Source of the DNA: Candidatus Nanopusillus acidilobi
Lineage (GTDB): Archaea; Nanobdellota; Nanobdellia; Nanobdellales; Nanobdellaceae
Length of the DNA stretch: 32,000 nt
Direction of reading: 5' to 3'
Assembly: GCA_001552015.1 (NCBI GenBank)
Contig: CP010514.1
Coordinates: 360,001-392,000 of the forward strand
Of this stretch, positions 17,138-24,848 are shown one piece after another. Numbering within the stretch: position 1 is the first letter of the stretch; every line of letters begins with the position of its first letter. Under the pieces are notes generated by a model that was not told where the DNA came from, did not search any database, and was given only the letters and a program-made list of their open reading frames with translations. Both the position numbers and the translations under genes were made by a program.

Positions 17138-18063
17138 AATGTAGTTTTTGTAATAATAATGCAATATATAGAGATATTGATGGAAATTATTATTGCAAAG
17201 ACCATTTTATAAAATATTTTGAAGAAAAAACAATAAATACAATTGAAAAATATAAATTGATAAAACCTGGAGAAAGAATTGGTGTTGGGGTCTCTGGAGG
17301 AAAAGATTCAAATGCATTATTATTTTTCTTAAATAAATATAAAGAATATTTTGATATTGAAGTTTTTGGAATTCATATTGATGAAGGAATAAAAGGATAT
17401 AGAGATAAAGATACAGAAAAATTATTAGAAATTTCAAAAAAATATAATTTAAATGTAAAAATATATAGATTCACTGAATATTTTAATACTAGATTGGATG
17501 AAGTTGTAAAAATATCAAAAGAATATAAAGCATGTACAATCTGTGGTGTATGGAGAAGATGGTTAATGTGGAAAGCAGCAAAAGATTTAAATTTAGATAA
17601 ATTTGCGACTGCACATAATTTAAATGACGAAGTTCAAACAATTCTAATGAATATTTTTGAAGGAAATTTAAAGGATCTATTAAAAGAAGGACCATATGTA
17701 GGAATAGTTGAAGAAGATTTTATTCCTAGAATTAAACCTTTTTATTTCAATACAGAAAAAGAAAATATGTTATATTCAGTATTAAATAATTTAGAACCAC
17801 CATTTGGAGAATGTCCTTTTATTGTTGGTGAATTTAGAGATATAATTAGATCAAAGTTATATAAGTTAGAAGATGAATATCCAGGATTTCATAGAAATTT
17901 CTTAAGAAATATTTTAGAAATAATATATAAAGCTAAAATTGATTATAAAAAGGAAAATATCATAAAATTAAGAAAATGTAAAATTTGCGGATATCCAACT
18001 ACTAGAGAAATATGCAGAGCATGCGAAATAAAATTAAAAATAAGTAATGTTAAAAATACTTAA
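17134..18063 (+). CDS. PP-loop ATPase, tRNA 2-thiolation enzyme family (TtuA/Ncs6-like)
   Basis: 309 aa. The N-terminal zinc finger is CSFCNN...YCKDH. The PP-loop is GVSGGKDS. Fe-S ligand candidates are CTICG and GECPF. The C-terminal zinc finger is CKICG...CRACE. There is a 4-nt ATGA overlap with the upstream ATPase gene. Confidence 0.75.
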   Translation: MKCSFCNNNAIYRDIDGNYYCKDHFIKYFEEKTINTIEKYKLIKPGERIGVGVSGGKDSNALLFFLNKYKEYFDIEVFGIHIDEGIKGYRDKDTEKLLEISKKYNLNVKIYRFTEYFNTRLDEVVKISKEYKACTICGVWRRWLMWKAAKDLNLDKFATAHNLNDEVQTILMNIFEGNLKDLLKEGPYVGIVEEDFIPRIKPFYFNTEKENMLYSVLNNLEPPFGECPFIVGEFRDIIRSKLYKLEDEYPGFHRNFLRNILEIIYKAKIDYKKENIIKLRKCKICGYPTTREICRACEIKLKISNVKNT

Positions 18064-18233
18064 TTCTTTTGTATCTATAAGAATTACAAATCCTTCTTAA
18101 ATGAAAAATATTTAATTATAGAGCATAGAAAGACTAATTTTAAGAAAATAGATAAATTACATCAAAGACAATAGAATTATACTTAAGAAGTCATAGTAAT
18201 TAGTTTTTAAATTTTTCTATAATTCAAAAAAAT

Positions 18234-18650
18234 ATGAATAATATAGATATAACAAAAGAATTTCTATACACGCTCTTATTGTTATTTTCTATAGAAACAT
18301 TCTTAGACCTATTATCATTTATTATATATCCATCAATTTTTCCAAATTATATTAATATTTCCGTTGATATTTTCTTATTTATAATTCTTTTATTATCTAT
18401 ATTTTCAATTTATTTAATAAAAAAAGATAATTTATACGGTTATATAATTTCATTGTTTATATCAATATTGATTTTATTTTCTTCTTTTACATTAAATTAT
18501 AATAATATAATAGATATAGCAGTAAGAAATGTAGCATCTAATTATGGTATATATCCAAACCCAATAATATTGTTCTTTGGTATTTCAATATTTTTAATAA
18601 GTATAAGAAAAATAATTCAATTAAGAAAAACTAAAATTTCTTCAACTTAG
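18234..18650 (+). CDS. Small integral membrane protein, unknown function
   Basis: 138 aa with about 4 TM helices. Its 3' end overlaps the convergent rpoN by 20 nt. Confidence 0.45.
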   Translation: MNNIDITKEFLYTLLLLFSIETFLDLLSFIIYPSIFPNYINISVDIFLFIILLLSIFSIYLIKKDNLYGYIISLFISILILFSSFTLNYNNIIDIAVRNVASNYGIYPNPIILFFGISIFLISIRKIIQLRKTKISST

Positions 18651-18828
18651 CAATTATCTCTATTTGTTGAACATGTCCTAAAAATACCTGTCTACAACAA
18701 GCTCTTTCCAATCCTAATTCATCTAAAGCTTCTTTCATTGTTTTACCTTCATTTAATAATTTAATATATCTTTCATATAAATGTCCAATTGGTTTTCCGC
18801 ATGTAAAACATCTAATAGGTATTATCAT
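18631..18828 (-). CDS. rpoN: DNA-directed RNA polymerase subunit N (Rpo10)
   Basis: 65 aa: [21 protein letters not shown]...[19 protein letters not shown]. This matches the signature MiiPvRCFtCGk ... LG..RyCCRr. Confidence 0.9.
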   Translation of the reverse strand: MIIPIRCFTCGKPIGHLYERYIKLLNEGKTMKEALDELGLERACCRQVFLGHVQQIEIIAKLKKF

Positions 18829-18859
18829 AGTATTAGAATTTTACAACATTTTTATAAAT

Positions 18860-20062
18860 CTATGCATTTGCAACTATTTGAATTACATCTCTATGTTTTA
18901 ATACATAATCTTTTCCTAGGAATTTTCTTGTCCTAACATCTATAGCTCTTACAAAATTCTTTGCCAAATCAGAGTGTATTTTATTTGCAAAATCTATTAC
19001 AGTACTTCCAGGAGGCATTAAAAAACAATCTGGTAATATTCTTCCTTCCTTATCTGCTAAAGAATCTACTCCTCCAGGAAATACCGCTACATATTTTAAA
19101 ACATCAAATACAGTTATATCTAAAATATTTTGAACACCAGTACTTCCAAATTCTTTAAATATATAATTTTCAATAAATTCCAAAGCTTTCTTTTCTTTAT
19201 CATTCAAATCTCCCTTAATTTCAAAATAACTTTCTCCAGGTATATAAAATATTTTTCCTTGTTTATCCAATTCTTTTAATATTAATTCTGCATAACCAGA
19301 TGTAGGTATTATAACTTTATCCGGATATTCTTTCTTTAATCTTTCAAGGTTTTTCTTTGCAATATCTATATTTATATCTACTCTATTTGCTGCAATAATA
19401 ATTGGTTTTGATATTTTTCTAATTTCAGACGCAAGTTCAAATAATTTTTTATCATCATTTATTATATCATAATCCTCTTGATTAATTTTCAATTCATTAA
19501 ATGCTTTTGATACATGCTCTTCTTTTACATTTAATCCAGAAATTAATTTTGCCAATTCTTTATCTAATTCTAAATGTTCATTCTTTATTTTTCTTATATT
19601 TTTTTCTAAATTTTTCTTTATTACACCATAAAACCACCAATCTATTTCTTCTTCATACCATTTTACATCTTTTATTGGATCATAATTTCCAGGACCAATA
19701 TATTGTCCTTCTTCATTTGTTGAACCTGAAATATCTATTACATGTATCAATGCATCTGCCTGTCTTACATCGTCTAAAAATTTATTACCTAACCCTCTAC
19801 CTTCATGTGCACCAGGAACTAATCCTGCTATATCTAATATCTCTATTGGAACAAATCTATATTTTCCCTTTATAAAACCATATCTCGGATTTGATTTAAC
19901 ATTAAATTCTGGTCCGATATCTTCTACTCTAACATATCCATAACCTTTATTTGGTTCTATCGTTGTAAATGGATAATTTGCAATTGCAACATCTTGTAAT
20001 GTTATTGCTTTAAACATTGTAGATTTTCCAACATTTGGTTTTCCAGTAATACCTATTTGCAT
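18860..20062 (-). CDS. Obg-family GTPase with C-terminal TGS domain (YchF/Ygr210-like)
   Basis: 400 aa. G1 is GITGKPNVGKST, G2 is YPFTTIEPN and G3 is DIAGLV. The TGS-like C-terminus reads GSTVIDFANKIHSDLAKNFVRAIDVRTRKFLGKDYVLKHRDVIQIV. Confidence 0.8.
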   Translation of the reverse strand: MQIGITGKPNVGKSTMFKAITLQDVAIANYPFTTIEPNKGYGYVRVEDIGPEFNVKSNPRYGFIKGKYRFVPIEILDIAGLVPGAHEGRGLGNKFLDDVRQADALIHVIDISGSTNEEGQYIGPGNYDPIKDVKWYEEEIDWWFYGVIKKNLEKNIRKIKNEHLELDKELAKLISGLNVKEEHVSKAFNELKINQEDYDIINDDKKLFELASEIRKISKPIIIAANRVDINIDIAKKNLERLKKEYPDKVIIPTSGYAELILKELDKQGKIFYIPGESYFEIKGDLNDKEKKALEFIENYIFKEFGSTGVQNILDITVFDVLKYVAVFPGGVDSLADKEGRILPDCFLMPPGSTVIDFANKIHSDLAKNFVRAIDVRTRKFLGKDYVLKHRDVIQIVANA

Positions 20063-20111
20063 TATAATTTAATAATAACTATATTTAAAAATTAGAAAAT
20101 TTTTTGATAAA

Positions 20112-20186
20112 TAGCGGGGGGAGGATTTGAACCTCCGACCTGGGGGTTATGAGCCCCCCGGGCACTCCTAGCTGCCCTACCCCGCT
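20112..20186 (-). tRNA. tRNA-Met (CAU), initiator type
   Basis: Reverse complement: AGCGGGGTAGGGCAGCTAGGAGTGCCCGGGGGGCTCATAACCCCCAGGTCGGAGGTTCAAATCCTCCCCCCGCTA. It has an A1-U72 pair and an all-G-C anticodon stem (GGGGG/CCCCC) next to loop CTCATAA, which are archaeal initiator hallmarks. No intron and no encoded CCA. Confidence 0.88.
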
Positions 20187-20223
20187 ATATTAAATAAATA
20201 ATTATCAAAAAATATAAAAAAGA

Positions 20224-20514
20224 TTACTGTTTCTTAACAAGTACAATTTCTATACTTGATATCCTTCTCTTTTTACCACTTTGATCTACCTGCCTTTCCT
20301 CAGAATCTATATTTATACTTTTTATATCAACCTGTCCTGCCATAAATTTCTTCCTTATTACTTCTGCTACATCTACTGCTCTAGCTATGTATCTTCCTCT
20401 TGCCTTAATTACAACCTCCTTTGCATCCTGGCTTGTAAATTGCATTGCTACCGCTGTTACATAGTTCATAAATGGCTTATTTCCTATATATATTATTGTT
20501 TGCTCTGCCATCAT
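20224..20514 (-). CDS. albA: Alba DNA/RNA-binding chromatin protein
   Basis: 96 aa: IIYIGNKPFMNYVTAVAMQF...EVVIKARGRYIARAVDVAEVIRKKF...RISSIEIVL. This is the Alba signature. The gene is visibly less AT-biased than its neighbours. Confidence 0.9.
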   Translation of the reverse strand: MMAEQTIIYIGNKPFMNYVTAVAMQFTSQDAKEVVIKARGRYIARAVDVAEVIRKKFMAGQVDIKSINIDSEERQVDQSGKKRRISSIEIVLVKKQ

Positions 20515-20705
20515 GAGCTTTGTAATTTCTTAATTTGTCTTGTTATATATCCAGCTAACATATTTCTTAATCTCTTTGATGGAACTTCAGCTACAACTTC
20601 TAATATTTTTACATTTTTCTTATAATCTGCAGTAAATAAATTTGCATATTTTTCTAATATTTTATTAGCCTCCCTTCTAAATTTACCATGAAGTATTCTA
20701 CCCAT
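20511..20705 (-). CDS. rps17e: 30S ribosomal protein eS17 (S17e)
   Basis: 64 aa: MGRILHGKFRREANKILEKYANLFTADYKKNVKILEVVAEVPSKRLRNMLAGYITRQIK. It matches the S17e pattern (..F..NK......SKRLRN..AGYITR). It overlaps albA by 4 nt. Confidence 0.9.
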   Translation of the reverse strand: MGRILHGKFRREANKILEKYANLFTADYKKNVKILEVVAEVPSKRLRNMLAGYITRQIKKLQSS

Positions 20706-20728
20706 AATTCTTTATTATAAAAATTAAA

Positions 20729-20736
20729 TTTATAAA
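20729..20736. promoter_or_regulatory. Palindromic TATA-box candidate shared by the divergent rps17e and ppa genes
   Basis: TTTATAAA is its own reverse complement. It lies at -29..-22 from the ppa ATG (20758) and at -31..-24 from the rps17e ATG (20705). Archaeal TATA boxes centre near -26/-27 of the TSS, so this fits leaderless transcription in both directions. Confidence 0.35.
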
Positions 20737-20757
20737 AAGATAGCAAACTATAATAAA

Positions 20758-21273
20758 ATGAAAGCTGGAAAACAACCTCCAGAAGATATAAATGTATTCA
20801 TAGAAATACCAAAGGGTAGCAATATAAAATATGAATTCGATGAAGAAGAGAAAGTAATAAAAGTAGATAGAATATTATATACCGCAATGTTTTATCCATT
20901 TAATTATGGATTTATACCAGAAACTTTAGAAGAAGATGGAGATCCATTAGATGCTTTAGTTATTACATATGAATCATTTGTTCCTGGAGTATTAATAAGA
21001 GCAAGACCAATTGGTGTATTAATAACAGAAGATGAAAATGGAATTGATAGAAAAATAATTGCAGTACCACATGAAAAAATAGATCCAAGATTTTCAAATA
21101 TAAAGGATATAAAAGATTTACCAGAAGCAATATTAAATCAAATAAAGCATTTCTATGAACATTATAAAGAATTAGAACCTGGAAAATTTGTTAAAGCTAA
21201 AGAATTTAAAGGAAAGGAAGAAGCATTAAAGATAATTAATGAAGCAATAGATAGGTTTAAAAATAAGAAATAG
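20758..21273 (+). CDS. ppa: Inorganic pyrophosphatase (family I)
   Basis: 171 aa: [16 protein letters not shown]...[33 protein letters not shown]...IAVP. Confidence 0.95.
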   Translation: MKAGKQPPEDINVFIEIPKGSNIKYEFDEEEKVIKVDRILYTAMFYPFNYGFIPETLEEDGDPLDALVITYESFVPGVLIRARPIGVLITEDENGIDRKIIAVPHEKIDPRFSNIKDIKDLPEAILNQIKHFYEHYKELEPGKFVKAKEFKGKEEALKIINEAIDRFKNKK

Positions 21274-21279
21274 TAAATA

Positions 21280-21286
21280 TTTTTTT
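21280..21286 (+). terminator. Oligo-T tract, candidate archaeal terminator for ppa
   Basis: A run of seven T lies 7-13 nt after the ppa stop codon (TAG at 21271-21273) and immediately before the C/D sRNA candidate. Oligo-T is the usual archaeal termination signal, but T-runs are common in this composition. Confidence 0.3.
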
Positions 21287-21287
21287 A

Positions 21288-21337
21288 GTGAAGAAGCATT
21301 ACGCTTCTGAAAAAATGATGAAACTATGTTTTTCTGA
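21288..21337 (+). ncRNA. Box C/D sRNA candidate (variant C box)
   Basis: The layout is: C box GTGAAGA (21288-21294, variant at position 5); 12-nt spacer AGCATTACGCTT; D' CTGA (21307-21310); 4-nt linker; C' ATGATGA (21315-21321); 12-nt spacer AACTATGTTTTT; D CTGA (21334-21337). The last D-box nucleotide is the A of the downstream ATG. Caveat: AGAAGC-ATTAC-GCTTCT (21292-21308) can also fold as a hairpin. Confidence 0.6.
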
Positions 21338-22407
21338 TGATAATTAAAAAGAGTTTTGAAGAACATTTTAAAGAATTATTAGGAGATAAATATGAATTGT
21401 TTTTAGAATGGTCCTTTAAATTATTAAAGAAATCTATAAGAATTAATACAATAAAAGTAAAGGATAATATAAATTTTGAAAACTTAAAAGAAATATTATT
21501 ATCAAAACAGGATCATTTAAGAGAAAAAGAATTAAAAGAAATATCTGAAAAAATTGATAATTTATATAATTTAAAACAAAATCCTTTTAATTTAAATATA
21601 AATGCAAAAGAAATATTATCAAGAATAAAAGAATATGGATGGGAAATTGAAAGAATACCTTTTTATAAATATGGATTTTGGATAAAGGGAGAAAGAAGAG
21701 ATATTGGAAATACTGTAGAATTTCAATTGGGATATTATTATCCACAAGAAGCTGCATCAATGATACCACCCTTAGCATTAGATTTAAAAAAAGATGATTT
21801 GGTTTTAGATATAGCAGCTGCACCTGGTTCTAAAACAACACAAATTGCAATGCATATGGAAAATGAAGGATTAATAATTGCAAATGATATATCAATTGAT
21901 AGAATTAAAGCATTAAGTGAGAATTTACAAAAAATGGGTATAATAAATACAATTATAACAATGATGGATGGGAGAAAATTATATAAATTAAATTTAAAAT
22001 TTGATAAAATTTTATTAGACGCTCCATGTTCTGGAACTGGTGCAATAAGGAAATCATATAAAACATTAAAAATATGGAATGAAAATACGATAAATAGATT
22101 AGCAAATTTACAAAAGAAATTATTATTAACTGCCTTTGATTTATTAAAAGATAATGGTATTTTAGTTTATTCTACATGCTCTGTTGAACCATTAGAAAAT
22201 GAGTTTGTAATAGATTATCTATTATCTAAAAGAGAAAATGCTAAAATTGAAAAAATAGAAATACCAAATTTAAAGAAATCTGAAATAATTTCTGAATATA
22301 ATGGATATAAATTAGAACATGAAGAAGAAATAAAAAATACAATAAGATTATGGCCTTGGGATAATGATACAGAAGGTTTTTATATTGCAAAGATAAGAAA
22401 AATATAA
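21337..22407 (+). CDS. NOL1/NOP2/Sun-family RNA cytosine-C5 methyltransferase
   Basis: 356 aa. The motifs are SIRINTIK, GYYYPQEAASMIP, the SAM motif LDIAAAPGSKTTQIA, catalytic Cys motif IV LLDAPCSGTG and motif VI LVYSTCS. Confidence 0.9.
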   Translation: MIIKKSFEEHFKELLGDKYELFLEWSFKLLKKSIRINTIKVKDNINFENLKEILLSKQDHLREKELKEISEKIDNLYNLKQNPFNLNINAKEILSRIKEYGWEIERIPFYKYGFWIKGERRDIGNTVEFQLGYYYPQEAASMIPPLALDLKKDDLVLDIAAAPGSKTTQIAMHMENEGLIIANDISIDRIKALSENLQKMGIINTIITMMDGRKLYKLNLKFDKILLDAPCSGTGAIRKSYKTLKIWNENTINRLANLQKKLLLTAFDLLKDNGILVYSTCSVEPLENEFVIDYLLSKRENAKIEKIEIPNLKKSEIISEYNGYKLEHEEEIKNTIRLWPWDNDTEGFYIAKIRKI

Positions 22408-22414
22408 TTTTAAA

Positions 22415-22489
22415 TGCCCCCGAGGGGATTCGAACCCCCGATCTCCAGGACCGAAGCCCGGAATGTTGTCCTGGCTACACTACGGGGGC
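22415..22489 (-). tRNA. tRNA-Arg (anticodon UCG)
   Basis: Reverse complement: GCCCCCGTAGTGTAGCCAGGACAACATTCCGGGCTTCGGTCCTGGAGATCGGGGGTTCGAATCCCCTCGGGGGCA. The anticodon stem is CCGGG/CCTGG with loop CTTCGGT. No intron and no CCA. Its 5' 15 nt lie inside the upstream same-strand CDS. Confidence 0.9.
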
Positions 22490-24001
22490 TTCATTATATA
22501 TTATTTTTTGATATGAATTAAAATATTCATCAAAGTATTGATCAAATGTATAATTTATATTATATTTCTTTGCTATTTTATTATATATATCTACCAATCT
22601 TTTTGGATAATTTTTATCAGGAATTGAATTTGTTAATTTATGATATTCAAATATCTTAGAAAATGTTTTTTCTCTTTTTACATTTAATTCAGTATTTTCT
22701 TCATTATCTACATTATTTGCTTCATATGTTGATTCAAATTTTCCAAAATTAAATCCTGAATATTCAATTGGATTCATCGTATTCATTAAATAATCTGAAA
22801 AATATTTATCATATATTAAATTTGGTAAAAATAATCCCAAAGAAATATATGGATTAAATACTGTAGAGTTTTTATTATTAAATGGTATATAAACTGATAT
22901 ATCATTTAGATCAAATAAATTAGAAACATATCTTATATCTTTTCCTAATAATGATAATTCTCCATATGCATCTTTTTCTATTAAATATTTTGCAATATTA
23001 TAATTTACTTCTGAAGATTTATCTAAATTATTAAAATCAAATAATGATTTATTTAAATCTTTAATTGATACTTTTCCAATATATATTCCTTCTAAAATTG
23101 TTCCTAAAATATATCCTAAATATAATGTATCTAAACCATATCTATTTGATAAATCAATTAGATCCCTTATATATTCTTCATTTAATATTCCTAAAAATGG
23201 TCCTAAAATATTGAAGGGTTCATATGGATATTCTTTCTTTAAATTATTAACTAAAGGATAAATATAATCATCAAATATCTTTTTATTTTCTTCTTCAGAT
23301 AAATATATGTTCTTATAATTTAAAATAGGGATCCTATCCGATATAGATTGATAAAAATCTTTTATTGATTCTTTTTCTTCTTCTATTAATTCTATATCTA
23401 ATCTTTTATTTTCAATTTTATTATCTCCTCCAATTGATAAACCTGATATATTATGGTATCTATATAATACTGATCCAATTCCACCCTTTGTAACTTTTAT
23501 TTTATTATTTTCAAATATAATTAAATTTCCATATATTGTAAATTTTGATCCCAATCCATTTAACAAAATAATAAAATCTTTTCCACCATATATATCTTTC
23601 AGAGTATTATATAATTCTTCTTTTCTTTTATATATATCTTCTGATATATCATTTTCTAAAAATATAACATTATCATTTTCTATAATTAAAAAATATTTTT
23701 TATCTAATTTTCCATATAGAACTATTATATCATTACCTGTTAATTTAATATATTTACCAAAAGAAGATAAATTAATATCTAAAGAACCTGTTATTGGAGA
23801 TCTATAAATAATTAATGAATTTATATTATCTTTATTTTTTTGATGCCCAACGGAAAATATTGTTAAATTATTTTCAAATGGATCTTTTTCATATGTCTTA
23901 TAATCAAAATGCAAATTAATTGAATGATCCAATGTTTTTGAATCAGTTACATAATTTTTTGATTCTTTTTTATATAAATCTATAAACAATACTCTAATCA
24001 T
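22475..24001 (-). CDS. Aldehyde:ferredoxin oxidoreductase (AOR)-family-like protein, cysteine-free and probably non-redox
   Basis: 508 aa. The N-terminal domain matches the AOR pattern: DPFENNLTIFSVG...YRSPITGSLDINLSSFGKYIKLTGNDIIVLYGKLDKKYFLIIENDNVIF versus DP...N.L.ia.GPLTG...kSPLTG...GG.FG..LK.AGYDaIvveGka.kPvyl.I.d..v. Further matches are KGGIGSVLYRYHNISGLSIGG versus GRGGvGAVMGSKNLKAIaV.G, and YGLDTLYLGYILGTILE versus lGLDTIStG..lA.AME. The protein contains no Cys, so the four [4Fe-4S] ligands are absent. Confidence 0.6.
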   Translation of the reverse strand: MIRVLFIDLYKKESKNYVTDSKTLDHSINLHFDYKTYEKDPFENNLTIFSVGHQKNKDNINSLIIYRSPITGSLDINLSSFGKYIKLTGNDIIVLYGKLDKKYFLIIENDNVIFLENDISEDIYKRKEELYNTLKDIYGGKDFIILLNGLGSKFTIYGNLIIFENNKIKVTKGGIGSVLYRYHNISGLSIGGDNKIENKRLDIELIEEEKESIKDFYQSISDRIPILNYKNIYLSEEENKKIFDDYIYPLVNNLKKEYPYEPFNILGPFLGILNEEYIRDLIDLSNRYGLDTLYLGYILGTILEGIYIGKVSIKDLNKSLFDFNNLDKSSEVNYNIAKYLIEKDAYGELSLLGKDIRYVSNLFDLNDISVYIPFNNKNSTVFNPYISLGLFLPNLIYDKYFSDYLMNTMNPIEYSGFNFGKFESTYEANNVDNEENTELNVKREKTFSKIFEYHKLTNSIPDKNYPKRLVDIYNKIAKKYNINYTFDQYFDEYFNSYQKIIYNEAPVV

Positions 24002-24037
24002 ATAAAATAAATAATTCTTTAAACTATATTAAATTAT

Positions 24038-24120
24038 GGACCCGTGCCCGAGAGGCCAAAGGGGATCGGTTCAGGTCCGATTGGAGAGATCCTTCCGGGG
24101 TTCGAATCCCCGCGGGTCCA
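24038..24120 (+). tRNA. tRNA-Leu (anticodon CAG), long variable arm
   Basis: GGACCCGTGCCCGAGAGGCCAAAGGGGATCGGTTCAGGTCCGATTGGAGAGATCCTTCCGGGGTTCGAATCCCCGCGGGTCCA. The acceptor is GGACCCG/CGGGTCC, the anticodon stem ATCGG/CCGAT with loop TTCAGGT, and the T arm CGGGG-TTCGAAT-CCCCG. Confidence 0.9.
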
Positions 24121-24148
24121 TATTATAAAAACAAATTTAATCTAATTA

Positions 24149-24742
24149 CTATTTATTTAATTTGCTTTCCTTTAATTTATTTAAAAATTCCGCAAATTTT
24201 TTAGCAGATTCTTCTAATAATCCTTCTTCATTATTTATTACTTCTACTATTGTACCATATTCAAACATAAACATTGTAGTAAAATATATTGTTAGATTTT
24301 GTTGAATTTCAATTCTTTTTAAATTTTCTATATCTCTTCCCCTTATTTGAATATCTTTTAATCTTCTAACAAAAATTTTATCTGGATCAGAAACTATTAC
24401 TGCAATACCATCAGGTCTTAAAATTTCTGCATACTCTCTTAGCATACCTGGAATATATCCTTCATATGATTCTATTACTAAATGAGTATCTAAAATTATA
24501 TCACTTTCCTTTTCCATTTCCTTTATTCTCTTAATTGCTTCCTTTTGTATTTCTTTTTGTTGTTCAAATGTTAATTTCTTTCTTATTTCATCTCTATTAT
24601 TTATATTATACTTCTCTTTTGCTAATTCAAACATTATATCTCCAGTACTTACAACTTTAAATTCATATTTTAAGTATTTTTTAGCTTCATTAATTACCGA
24701 AGTTTTTCCAACACCAGGTACTCCTACAACAATTACTATCAT
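24149..24742 (-). CDS. adkA: Archaeal-type adenylate kinase (AdkA)
   Basis: 197 aa. The P-loop is VVGVPGVGKTSV. Other matches are NNRDEIRKL, ILDTHLVIESYEGYIPGM and SDPDKIFVRRLKDIQIRGRDIE (compare the archaeal AdkA ..RR..D.tR.RD.e). Confidence 0.9.
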   Translation of the reverse strand: MIVIVVGVPGVGKTSVINEAKKYLKYEFKVVSTGDIMFELAKEKYNINNRDEIRKKLTFEQQKEIQKEAIKRIKEMEKESDIILDTHLVIESYEGYIPGMLREYAEILRPDGIAVIVSDPDKIFVRRLKDIQIRGRDIENLKRIEIQQNLTIYFTTMFMFEYGTIVEVINNEEGLLEESAKKFAEFLNKLKESKLNK

Positions 24743-24848
24743 AAACTAAATAAATACTATGAAAAATAAAAGATTTATTGAAAAGATAATTTTTATAACA
24801 ATCTAAAATAATTTTCAATATTTTGAATTATAAAAATATAATTTTAAA

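Noticed and set aside
18064-18233. A 170-bp unassigned spacer between the PP-loop gene and a membrane gene; examined for ncRNA, ORB-like origin repeats or a small ORF
   Set aside because: It contains only weak short repeats (AATTACA twice; TTCTTAA/TTAAGAA inverted 7-mers). There are no C/D or H/ACA boxes, no GC-rich structured core like the tRNAs, and the longest ATG ORF is 4 codons. It is probably just promoter and terminator space. Transcriptome data would be needed to say more.
21292-21308. The hairpin AGAAGC-ATTAC-GCTTCT as a rho-independent-style terminator of ppa, instead of part of a C/D sRNA
   Set aside because: It is not fully rejected. However, archaeal termination generally relies on oligo-T, a T7 tract already precedes the hairpin, and the exact 12/4/12 spacing of four C/D-type boxes is unlikely by chance. 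It is kept as the main alternative in the finding.
16117-21823. ORFs 16117..16317 (-), 17207..17437 (-), 17489..17695 (-), 18961..19158 (+), 19501..19875 (+), 20281..20625 (+) and 21587..21823 (-)
   Set aside because: All lie antisense within well-supported genes: the AAA+ ATPase, the PP-loop enzyme, the GTPase, albA/rps17e and the m5C methyltransferase. Their translations are L/F/Y/H/I-rich low-complexity sequence.
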